Shown here piece by piece: positions 37,278 through 45,939 of a DNA stretch of 48,446 nucleotides. The position numbers and the translations under genes are program-made. The stretch lies in the NCBI GenBank assembly GCA_964592705.1, contig CAZQFM010000001.1, forward strand, positions 1 through 48,446, in the 5' to 3' direction. Position 1 is the stretch's first letter. Every line of letters starts with the position of its first letter. This DNA comes from an uncultured Erysipelotrichaceae bacterium (lineage in GTDB: Bacteria > Bacillota_I > Bacilli_A > Erysipelotrichales > Erysipelotrichaceae). Under the pieces are notes generated by a model. That model searched no databases, was not told the DNA's origin, and was given only the letters and a program-made list of their open reading frames with translations.

Positions 37278-37862
37278 GTTTTTTCACCTCTTCATTTATG
37301 TTATGTGCTAATAATACCATATTTTATTAGGAAATGAAATGTCTATTACATCTCTTTTATTATACACTAGAAATATATCATATATCCTCATACTCTGTAT
37401 ATCCACCCATTTTTACTTTTTAATCATCTAAGAAGAACCATTTCATAAATCCAATGAATATATCATTTCTCCTCTATTATCTGCATATTTGTTTACATAT
37501 AGATAAAATTTTATCACTATGTTAACGATATCTTTAATACCTTTTGATTTCGCATTATAATTTTTGAGAAAATCAGCAATGAAAGAAATAACATAATAGA
37601 TATATTCATATTTTTATGGTATTATATGTTCAACAAATTGATATTGATAAAGGAGAGGATTGAATAATAAAAGTATAGTTTATAATAGAAATAAGTCCTT
37701 GAATGAGATGAGAGATAGCAATTATACAAATACTAAATAATATAGTTACAAGCAATAAATATAAGGATAAACTTTTAACTTACAATTAGATATTGCAAAT
37801 GATAAACAAGAATAAGTAAATGAAATAGTTAAAAGGATTTAGAAAAATGGAGGAATAAATCA

Positions 37863-38114
37863 ATGTTAGAGTTTAAGTATGATACACAATTATTAATTGA
37901 TGGTAAAAACCTTGATGAAGATACAATAAACGATTATTTTACAAATAATTTTGAAGGAGATTGTTTGTTAGCAGTTGGAGATGATGAGTTAATAAAGATT
38001 CATTTCCATACAAACGAACCTTGGAAAGTTCTTGAGTATTGTGCTTCTTTAGGTGAAATCTATGATATTGTCATTGAAGACATGGATAGACAATCAAGAG
38101 GTTTAAAAGGTTAG
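37863..38114 (+). CDS. Stand-alone 83-aa ORF homologous only to the central domain of FakA/YloV (DAK2-domain fatty-acid kinase); either a mini-protein or a gene remnant
   Basis: GDCLLAVGDDELIKIHFHTNEPWKVLEYCASLGEIYDIVIEDMDRQS aligns by eye with FakA [53 protein letters not shown] RBS lies 8 nt upstream. Opposite strand to all neighbouring genes. Confidence 0.5.
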   Translation: MLEFKYDTQLLIDGKNLDEDTINDYFTNNFEGDCLLAVGDDELIKIHFHTNEPWKVLEYCASLGEIYDIVIEDMDRQSRGLKG

Positions 38115-38139
38115 ATTCCAGCTTATTTATCGATAAAAT

Positions 38140-38180
38140 ATCCCCTGTTGGTATATTCGCCATAGGGGATTTATATTTTT
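38140..38180 (+). terminator. Possible terminator after the 83-aa ORF
   Basis: ATCCCCT (38140..38146) pairs with AGGGGAT (38164..38170) around a 17-nt loop, followed by TTATATTTTT. Confidence 0.45.
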
Positions 38181-38301
38181 ATTACCCCTATACTTAAGCA
38201 ATCAAATTTTCGCGTTTCTTCCAATTATATATAAATTAGCAATTTTATTTTAGAATCATTCACAATTATCAGCTAATACTTCACATCTAATATACTTAAA
38301 T

Positions 38302-38336
38302 AAAAAAAAGAACTCCATAAAGGAGTGCCTTTTTTC
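38302..38336. terminator. Bidirectional terminator downstream of rpsO
   Basis: An A8 run, then the ACTCC/GGAGT hairpin, then a T-run. On the minus strand it reads hairpin followed by U8. Confidence 0.6.
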
Positions 38337-38395
38337 ATACGTATTCCTACAGAATATTTATTATCCGATAACGTACTATAGAAAATGATTATTTT

Positions 38396-38662
38396 TTATT
38401 TACGTAATCCAAGACGAGAAATTAAATCTTTATAACGATTTAAATCTTCACGTTTTAAATATGTTAATAAGTTACGACGACGTCCAACCATTTTCATAAG
38501 TCCACGTTGAGAATGGAAATCATGTTTATGCACTTTAAAGTGTTCTGTTAAACGATTAATTTGTGCAGTTAATACAGCTACTTGAACTTCTACTGAACCT
38601 GTATCTCCTTCAAAACGTGCGTATTCTTTCATAATAGATTGTTTTTCTGATTTTAATAACAT
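38396..38662 (-). CDS. rpsO: 30S ribosomal protein S15
   Basis: ...[38 protein letters not shown].... I prefer the second ATG (38662; AGGAGG at 8-nt spacing) over the track start at 38668. Confidence 0.9.
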   Translation of the reverse strand: MLLKSEKQSIMKEYARFEGDTGSVEVQVAVLTAQINRLTEHFKVHKHDFHSQRGLMKMVGRRRNLLTYLKREDLNRYKDLISRLGLRK

Positions 38663-38746
38663 TTTCATTTCCTCCTGTTTGTATTTATGTTCTGCACCGA
38701 GAAAATCGACGAGGATATCGGAAAAACCCAGTACAAAATCAAATGT

Positions 38747-38775
38747 ATTATAGCATACTCACCATATAATAGCAA
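38747..38775 (-). promoter_or_regulatory. Candidate rpsO promoter (TTGCTA-17 nt-TGcTATAAT)
   Basis: TATAAT is rc of 38747..38752 with an extended TG. The -35 TTGCTA is rc of 38770..38775. A leader of about 70 nt follows and may contain hairpins. Confidence 0.5.
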
Positions 38776-38955
38776 ATATTTATATCGAATTTAGTATTTA
38801 ATAATTTTAATATTTCGTAATTAAAATTTCTCCATTTATTCTGGATCATAAATTATTGAATCTTTTATTTTCTCTTTTAAGCTTTCTGAAATGGTCATTT
38901 TTCTCACTACAAAACTACCATTAATCCAAATAATCATGTCAATCAAATGTTAAAT

Positions 38956-39627
38956 TTAAGCTTCATTGAAAGTGAATTTAATTGTAATTACTTTCTTTTT
39001 ATGATATGTTTCAATATTTATATTTCCTATTTCACTAAGTTTATCTACATGGACTCCACCACATGGGACTTTATAATTCATACATTCCCACCATCTATAA
39101 TGCTCCTTTTCTAAATCTGGATATGTTTTTACTTGATTATCTGTTTTTATTAAATCATAAAACATTTCATTAACTTTATCCAAAATAGACATATCAAAAC
39201 TATTTTCATCATATTTGTTATAGGCAAAGCCATCTTCAATATTTGATGCTAATGGATAATCTACTGCACTACCTTTAATACTTTCAATAGTATAATGATA
39301 TAAATGTAAAGCCGTGTGTAATCTCATTTGTCTATATCTAAAATTCCAGTCTAAGAAACATGTAACTGCTTGTCCAATATACTTAATATCAATTAATCTA
39401 TCAACAATTAGAATGCTAGTATAATTTTCATCTTTAATTGTATTTATAATATTATATTTTTCATCACCTATTATCAAATATCCTCTATCACCTTTTTGGC
39501 CACCACCTTGAGGATAAAAAATGCTATCTTCAAGTCTTGCAAAGTATTTACCATTTTCTTCAAAAGATTCTAACAATTTTGTTGTTAATTCCTTTTTAGT
39601 TTTATCTTCATAATAATACTTTATCAT
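38956..39627 (-). CDS. AlaX-type alanyl-tRNA editing protein (Thr/Ala-tRNA synthetase second additional domain)
   Basis: FYPQGGGQKGDRG N-terminal barrel motif, the HTALHLYH (HxxxH) motif and the CGGVH zinc motif. Confidence 0.8.
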   Translation of the reverse strand: MIKYYYEDKTKKELTTKLLESFEENGKYFARLEDSIFYPQGGGQKGDRGYLIIGDEKYNIINTIKDENYTSILIVDRLIDIKYIGQAVTCFLDWNFRYRQMRLHTALHLYHYTIESIKGSAVDYPLASNIEDGFAYNKYDENSFDMSILDKVNEMFYDLIKTDNQVKTYPDLEKEHYRWWECMNYKVPCGGVHVDKLSEIGNINIETYHKKKVITIKFTFNEA

Positions 39628-39768
39628 AAATTTATCATTCCTTTCAGTTATAGAATAAACTATTTATCCTTTAATTAATCTATCATAAAAATATAGTATG
39701 AACAAGATACGATAAATAAAAAAGTGCTAACAGACACTTATTGTCTTAAACACTTTCTTGAATCATGA

Positions 39769-40854
39769 TTATAAAAACACTTCTAATACATCATGAAGAA
39801 AGAACATCCCCTTTTTCGTCGTTTTTACATATCCTTCTTCCATGACTAAATACTCTTTCTCTAACATATCCTGTAACGGTTGTTTATAAACTTGATTAAA
39901 GGACTCATGAAACCTATTGTGAAATGACTCTAAACATAATCCCTTTTTCATACGTAAAGACATCATCACCATTTCAAACATTTCATCTCTTTTTGTCAAA
40001 GGAATGAGTTCTGGAGATGGTCCTTCACTTATATAAGTTTGAATATTATTCGTATTATTATATCGTAATTGTAATCGTTTTCCACAAGCTCCACATCCAA
40101 TACCTTCAAAGTCTTCATATTTCCAATACATTTGATTGTGTAAACATTCATAGCCTGGTTTAGCAAAGCTACTAATTTCATATTGAAAGAAACCAGCTTT
40201 TTCTAATGTAGCAATTGCTATATCATACATTTCTCCTTCTAAAGTAGGATCCATAGGCTCAATATTTTCTCTACCAAATGTAGAATTTTTTTCTATGGTA
40301 AGAGCATATAACGAAATATGTTGGATAGGTAATTGAATAGCAACAGAAAGATCATATTCCCATTGTTTCATCGTTTGTCCAGGTAATCCATACATAAAAT
40401 CAAGTGAAATATTATGAATACCTGCGTTATGTAAAGCATCAATTCTATCTTTCACTTCCTCTATTGTATGAAAACGAGCGATTTTATTTAGTAAGTTTTT
40501 ATCAAATGTTTGTACTCCTATAGAAATACGATTTACCCCCATATTTTTCATATCTTGTATTTTTTCATTGCTTAAAGAATCTACATTTGCTTCCACACTA
40601 AATTCTTTTATATTTTTTCGTAAAGGTTGAAGCATATGTAAAACTTTATGAAATTGTGAATCTGATAACGCTGTTGGAGTCCCTCCTCCTATAAATATCG
40701 TCTCTATACTATCTGCTAAATTCTTTTGTTGTAATTCTTTTTGTAATGCAACCAACCATTTATCAGCTACTTCATGATGATAGCGACTTCTTGTAAAATC
40801 ACAATAAGCACAAATATCTTTACAAAAAGGAATATGAACATATAACGCTTTCAT
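39769..40854 (-). CDS. hemW: Radical SAM heme chaperone HemW (HemN-like)
   Basis: ALYVHIPFCKDICAYCDF (CxxxCxxC). 361 aa. Found in the lepA neighbourhood, as in Bacillus. Confidence 0.85.
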   Translation of the reverse strand: MKALYVHIPFCKDICAYCDFTRSRYHHEVADKWLVALQKELQQKNLADSIETIFIGGGTPTALSDSQFHKVLHMLQPLRKNIKEFSVEANVDSLSNEKIQDMKNMGVNRISIGVQTFDKNLLNKIARFHTIEEVKDRIDALHNAGIHNISLDFMYGLPGQTMKQWEYDLSVAIQLPIQHISLYALTIEKNSTFGRENIEPMDPTLEGEMYDIAIATLEKAGFFQYEISSFAKPGYECLHNQMYWKYEDFEGIGCGACGKRLQLRYNNTNNIQTYISEGPSPELIPLTKRDEMFEMVMMSLRMKKGLCLESFHNRFHESFNQVYKQPLQDMLEKEYLVMEEGYVKTTKKGMFFLHDVLEVFL

Positions 40855-40868
40855 CCTATCCTCCTCAT

Positions 40869-41585
40869 TTATGAAAAATTACTAAGTTTTAACCTTTCAC
40901 TAATAATCCTAACAAGTTGTGAATTTGTCGGTTTCATATTATGTATACTTATTTTATCAGGATCTATTCGATAAGCATAGCTAATAGCATTCCGTATAGC
41001 TTTTTCAACACGGGATGCTGTTGTAAAATGTTGTTTTGCTGTTTGGACATAGATACTTTTCATGGATCTGCTACTACCAACAAAGCTTTCTTGAAGCAGA
41101 ATAGCTGCTGTTTTAATATAATGAAAACCACTAAGATGTACTGGTACCCCCATATTAACAAGAATATGAGATACAAAAGATTCCAAATTTTCATATGCAG
41201 AATCTTCAACCTCATTCACTTCTACTTCAACATTAATTGCATGCATAAGCTCTTCCACTGTATAAGGTTCAATAAGATATGTTTGTATATCAAATTTTAA
41301 TAAAGTATGTACACTATCTACATCTAAATCTTTGAAAACATTCAAAACCTTAATATCTTTTAGATTCCTATCTTCTTGTATCATTTCAAGCAGTTGAGTT
41401 GATTTTTCATAGTTAATGGAGTTTTGTAAGACTAAGACTTCTGTTTGAAGTGCTTTTAATTCTTTAATTGTATCTGGTACTGACGTTGCAATTCCTACTA
41501 ATTCAATTGCACTTTTACTAGCTGAATGCTCAATAATTTCATGAATCATTGAGTAATCATTCATACATAAGAAAATTTTAGCCAT
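40869..41585 (-). CDS. Spo0A-like transcription factor with a degenerate (pseudo-)receiver domain
   Basis: The C-terminal domain matches the Spo0A effector domain (HFTTASRVEKAIRNAI..., KPTNSQLVRIISERLKL). The receiver-like N-terminal half has VLVLQ at the acceptor-Asp site and LIEPY at the conserved-Lys site. Confidence 0.75.
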   Translation of the reverse strand: MAKIFLCMNDYSMIHEIIEHSASKSAIELVGIATSVPDTIKELKALQTEVLVLQNSINYEKSTQLLEMIQEDRNLKDIKVLNVFKDLDVDSVHTLLKFDIQTYLIEPYTVEELMHAINVEVEVNEVEDSAYENLESFVSHILVNMGVPVHLSGFHYIKTAAILLQESFVGSSRSMKSIYVQTAKQHFTTASRVEKAIRNAISYAYRIDPDKISIHNMKPTNSQLVRIISERLKLSNFS

Positions 41586-41631
41586 TTTTCCTTCGTGTAA
41601 TGCTTTGGATCATCATTACAACCCCCTTCAC

Positions 41632-42552
41632 TTAGATTACATAATAAACGAATTTCTTCCCCACTTTCTGCTTTTTATACCATTTTTCTTGAACAAGATG
41701 CTCTAAAGAATATCGTGCTGTCTCATAACAAACACCACAAAAATTCATATAATTTTGAATAGTATAATAATGATTACATTCTCTATGTGCAACATAAAAT
41801 TCTATTTGCTCTTTACGTAACATGGGAAAGCGCTCGATAAGGTCTTTCGCATGCATTGTTGTAAGAGATTCCTGATTACCACTTTTTAATAATACCATTA
41901 TATGAAATAATTTCAACTGGATTGTTTCAAGAAAACAAAGAAATCGATACGTTAAATCGTGGTCCTCTTCAATCATAGCCATTTTATGAATACATTCATC
42001 TAGGGGTAGAATATTTGCACAAGGCAAACAACCATTTTTCATGAGTAATGGAAATTGTAAAATATAAGATACTTTAGGAGGTGTAGAAGATACAAGTAAA
42101 AATAATTTTATTAAAAAAGGAAGTTGATGATCCGATAAAATAGATATAATATCGAATGTACAATCTGACTGAAGTCGAAATAATTCAATACATCGAGAAT
42201 ACGTTTCTTTTTCTGGCATCATCGTATTGATTTTCGTTTGTAAAAGGTAAGCTTGTAAAGCTATTTTTTCTTCTTCATCTAAAAGCTCGTCCTGAATATT
42301 GATATTATCATCATGATGATGTATAGCATATTGATAGAGTAGTTCCTGTACTTGTAATATGGTATTAATCACAAGAGGATTCCTTGTTAAATATTCTGTT
42401 TTTTCATGAAAGGTAAACTCATATCGAAAGAAAGAACGATATGTCTCTATTTCTCTCCAAACAGGTTCTAATACATAATAGTCCATTAATTCAGATAATT
42501 CTTTCTTGCTATAGTATTTTAATTCACTATATTTACGCGCTGTTTCATACAT
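41632..42552 (-). CDS. Hypothetical 306-aa protein with a C-terminal winged-helix domain; possibly a Fic-fold protein lacking the catalytic motif
   Basis: The C-terminus YTIQNYMNFCGVCYETARYSLEHLVQEKWYKKQKVGKKFVYYV resembles the wHTH tail of Fic-family proteins. No HxFx(D/E)GNGRxxR motif is present. RBS is GAGGTGA. Confidence 0.4.
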   Translation of the reverse strand: MYETARKYSELKYYSKKELSELMDYYVLEPVWREIETYRSFFRYEFTFHEKTEYLTRNPLVINTILQVQELLYQYAIHHHDDNINIQDELLDEEEKIALQAYLLQTKINTMMPEKETYSRCIELFRLQSDCTFDIISILSDHQLPFLIKLFLLVSSTPPKVSYILQFPLLMKNGCLPCANILPLDECIHKMAMIEEDHDLTYRFLCFLETIQLKLFHIMVLLKSGNQESLTTMHAKDLIERFPMLRKEQIEFYVAHRECNHYYTIQNYMNFCGVCYETARYSLEHLVQEKWYKKQKVGKKFVYYVI

Positions 42553-42616
42553 GATATCACCTCTTCTCCCATTTTAGCATGTATTTGGGAGTTAGCGTTT
42601 CTATTCGCCAAAAATA

Positions 42617-42641
42617 GAAAAAAATAGACATTTCTGCCTAT
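42617..42641 (-). terminator. Intrinsic terminator after lepA
   Basis: Minus-strand ATAGGCA-GAAA-TGTCTAT followed by TTTTTTT, starting 2 nt after the stop codon. Confidence 0.8.
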
Positions 42642-42642
42642 T

Positions 42643-44445
42643 TTAATCTTCATCCATTGATAGTACAGCCATAAATGCTTCTTGTGGTACTTCTACTGAT
42701 CCAACAGATTTCATCCGTTTTTTACCTTCTTTTTGTTTCTCTAATAATTTCTTTTTACGAGAAATATCTCCACCATAACATTTCGCTAATACATTTTTAC
42801 GAAGTGATTTAATATCGGTACGTGCAACTACTTTACCTGATATTGCAGCTTGAATAGGTATTTCAAATTGCTGTCTTGGAATTAATGTTTTCAATTTTTC
42901 ACAAATAGCTTTTCCTCTTGGATATGCAAACTCTTTATGAACAATAGTAGATAAAGCATCTACTACTTCCCCATTTAATAAAATATCCATTTTAGCTAAT
43001 TTATTTACTTGATATCCGATAAGCTCATAATCAAAGGACGCATACCCTTTACTACATGATTTTAAACGATCAAAGAAATCATATACAATTTCCCCTAATG
43101 GAAGTTCGTATATAATGTTCATTCTAGTATCATCAATATAGCGCATATCTTTATATATACCACGTTTCTTTTGACATAACTCCATAATAGGTCCTATATA
43201 CTCAGAAGGTGTCATAATGGTTGCCTTTACAAAAGGCTCTTCTATTCGATCAATTTTTTGTACATCTGGTAACATACTTGGATTGTCAATCTTAAGCATT
43301 TCACCATTTGTCAAATATGCGTGATAAACAACAGAAGGTGCTGTCGCAATTAAATCAATATGATATTCACGCTCAATACGCTCTTGTACAACATCCATAT
43401 GTAATAAACCTAAGAAACCACATCGAAATCCAAACCCTAAGGCTTGCGATGTTTCCGCTTCATAATTCAAGGATGAGTCATTTAATTGAAGCTTATCTAG
43501 TGCATCACGTAAATCATTATACTTACTAGAATCAATTGGATATAAACCACAATACACCATAGGATTTAATACACGATATCCTTCTAGTGGCTCACTTGCT
43601 GCATGATCAACACATGTAATTGTATCCCCAACATGCACATCTGCAATCGATTTAATACTAGCACTTAGCCATCCAACTTCACCACAGCTTAATTTTTGAG
43701 TACGAACTTCTTTAGGTGTTCTTACTCCAAGTTCTAATACTTCATATTCTGCACCAGTTGCCATGAAACGTATCTTATCACCTACTCGTACTTCCCCTTC
43801 TTTTACTCTAATAAAAGCTATTACCCCACGATAAGCATCATAAACAGAATCAAAGACAAGTGCTTGTAGCGGTGCTGTCGCATCCCCTTTTGGTGCAGGT
43901 ACATATTTAACTACCGCTTCTAGAACATCACGAATATTCAATCCATTTTTCGCTGATATTAAAGGAGCTTCATCAGCTGGTAATCCAATAACATCCTCAA
44001 TTTCTTTTTTCACAACATCTGGTTGTGCACTAGGTAAATCAATTTTATTAATAACAGGGATAATCTCCAAATTATTATCTAAAGCTAGATAGACATTCGC
44101 AAGTGTTTGCGCCTCAATCCCTTGTGCAGCATCCACAACTAATACAGCTCCTTCACATGCAGCTAATGATCGAGATACTTCATATGTAAAATCGACATGT
44201 CCTGGAGTATCTATTAAGTGAAAGATATATTCTTGTCCATCGAGTGCAGTATATTTTAATTGCACAGCATTTAATTTAATCGTAATCCCACGTTCTCTTT
44301 CAAGATCCATAGAATCTAATAACTGATCTTTCATTTCTCTATGTTGTACCGTTTCTGTAATCTCAAGAATTCGATCAGCCAATGTAGACTTTCCATGATC
44401 AATATGGGCAATAATCGAAAAGTTTCTAATAAATTTTTGTTCCAT
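42643..44445 (-). CDS. lepA: Translation elongation factor 4 (LepA)
   Basis: 600 aa with [28 protein letters not shown] and NKIDL GTPase motifs, plus the LepA C-terminal domain. Confidence 0.95.
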   Translation of the reverse strand: MEQKFIRNFSIIAHIDHGKSTLADRILEITETVQHREMKDQLLDSMDLERERGITIKLNAVQLKYTALDGQEYIFHLIDTPGHVDFTYEVSRSLAACEGAVLVVDAAQGIEAQTLANVYLALDNNLEIIPVINKIDLPSAQPDVVKKEIEDVIGLPADEAPLISAKNGLNIRDVLEAVVKYVPAPKGDATAPLQALVFDSVYDAYRGVIAFIRVKEGEVRVGDKIRFMATGAEYEVLELGVRTPKEVRTQKLSCGEVGWLSASIKSIADVHVGDTITCVDHAASEPLEGYRVLNPMVYCGLYPIDSSKYNDLRDALDKLQLNDSSLNYEAETSQALGFGFRCGFLGLLHMDVVQERIEREYHIDLIATAPSVVYHAYLTNGEMLKIDNPSMLPDVQKIDRIEEPFVKATIMTPSEYIGPIMELCQKKRGIYKDMRYIDDTRMNIIYELPLGEIVYDFFDRLKSCSKGYASFDYELIGYQVNKLAKMDILLNGEVVDALSTIVHKEFAYPRGKAICEKLKTLIPRQQFEIPIQAAISGKVVARTDIKSLRKNVLAKCYGGDISRKKKLLEKQKEGKKRMKSVGSVEVPQEAFMAVLSMDED

Positions 44446-44609
44446 AATAAACTCCTTCCGATATGGCAGAAATATTATATCAAAAAGTATTTCATAAAGA
44501 AAGAAAAAAGGCAGTAATCATTCAGATACTCCCTTTAAAGTATATATTTTTTCAATTAGTAATCATGAAGATCCTACTTAAAAGTATAACATTATAAGTA
44601 AATCTTTCT

Positions 44610-45560
44610 TTATATTACCTCAGATACAAAAATAGCATTTACAAATTGTTTTCCTACTCCGTTATAAAATGCTTTTGCGTCCATTTTGGCCTTACCTTCC
44701 ATTTGTATTTCATAAATTAAGATAAAACCACCTTGGCATGCAATGGCAACTGCATCATCTATTATCCCAACAAAAGTTCCTAATGGATATTCATGATGTT
44801 CATATGTCTTACGTACTTTATGAAATTTTATTTTTTTCGTATTGATTATCCCATATCCTACTGGGAATGGAATAAGTCCTCTTATATGATTATAGACTTC
44901 ATCAATAGGTCTTGCAAAGCTAATAAACTCTTCTTCTTTTGAAATATTATAAGCAAAAGTTGCCTCTTCTTCTACTTGTTCAATAAATTGTGCAGATCCA
45001 TCTATAATTCTTGGTATACTTTCAGATAAAAGCTTAGCACCTGAAATCACTAGCTTATCATGTAAATCAGCAGTTGTATCATTCTCATCAATGATGACCT
45101 TCGCTTGAGACATAACAGCACCTGCATCCATCTTTTTAATCATACGCATAATAGAGATACCACTCACTTCATGTCCATATATGATAGCTTTATGAATTGG
45201 TGCTCCTCCCCTTAACTTTGGTAATAAGGATGCATGGACATTAATACTTCCATATGTAGGTGCTTCTAATACTTTCTCTGGAATAAATTGCCCATATGCA
45301 CATGTTACAATTAAATCAGGTTTCATGTTTATGATTTCATCATATTCTTCTCGAATGGATATTGGTTGTAAAACAGGTATATTATGTTGAAGTGCTAACT
45401 TTTTGACTGGTGTTTCTTGTAGTTCTTGTTTTCTACCTACTTTTTTATCGGGCTGTGAAACAACTGCTATAACATCATAATGATCATCAATAAGTTGTTG
45501 CAAAATACCACATGCAAAATTAGGTGTTCCCATAAATATTACTTTTAAGTTTTTCATCAT
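44610..45560 (-). CDS. fmt: Methionyl-tRNA formyltransferase
   Basis: 316 aa with ...IFMGTPNFA..., ...NVHASLLPKLRGGAPI... and a C-terminal Fmt domain. Confidence 0.9.
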   Translation of the reverse strand: MMKNLKVIFMGTPNFACGILQQLIDDHYDVIAVVSQPDKKVGRKQELQETPVKKLALQHNIPVLQPISIREEYDEIINMKPDLIVTCAYGQFIPEKVLEAPTYGSINVHASLLPKLRGGAPIHKAIIYGHEVSGISIMRMIKKMDAGAVMSQAKVIIDENDTTADLHDKLVISGAKLLSESIPRIIDGSAQFIEQVEEEATFAYNISKEEEFISFARPIDEVYNHIRGLIPFPVGYGIINTKKIKFHKVRKTYEHHEYPLGTFVGIIDDAVAIACQGGFILIYEIQMEGKAKMDAKAFYNGVGKQFVNAIFVSEVI

Positions 45561-45601
45561 ATCACCTCTTGCATATTATATCATGTATTTTGAATATACT
45601 A

Positions 45602-45630
45602 CAAAAAAGTCCTAAGAAAATGGACTTTTA
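45602..45630 (-). terminator. Intrinsic terminator after the yqxA-like gene
   Basis: Minus-strand AGTCC-attttctta-GGACT followed by TTTTTT. Confidence 0.7.
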
Positions 45631-45638
45631 AAAGAATG

Positions 45639-45935
45639 CTATTTGGTAATTCCTTTATAAACCTCAGAAATAATTTGAACACTCGTATCAATCATATCAA
45701 CGATAAACTCACTTGTTCCTTTTGCTATTTGGGATGCCTTATTTTCATGAATTTCATTTAACGTTCCTGGACTTACTTGTGGTTTAACTTCTTTTTTTTG
45801 CGCAATAATATCTTCAAAATTCTCAATTTTTTCATCTACATTTTGTTCTGCTAATTTGGTATCATCAGGCTTTAAATGTGTCCCAAGATAAATGAATATA
45901 AAAATAAAAATGGCATCAATCAAAAGTCGTTTCAT
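45639..45935 (-). CDS. Small membrane-anchored protein, YqxA-like (DUF3679) by position
   Basis: 98 aa with an N-terminal TM helix. Sits between spoIIP and the lepA side, as yqxA does in B. subtilis. Confidence 0.5.
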   Translation of the reverse strand: MKRLLIDAIFIFIFIYLGTHLKPDDTKLAEQNVDEKIENFEDIIAQKKEVKPQVSPGTLNEIHENKASQIAKGTSEFIVDMIDTSVQIISEVYKGITK

Positions 45936-45939
45936 ATAA

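Noticed and set aside
44480-44515. 9-codon mini-ORF (MITAFFLSL) with AAGGGAG upstream, in the fmt-lepA spacer
   Set aside because: It is too short, and no associated attenuator structure was found. The SD-like match is likely fortuitous.
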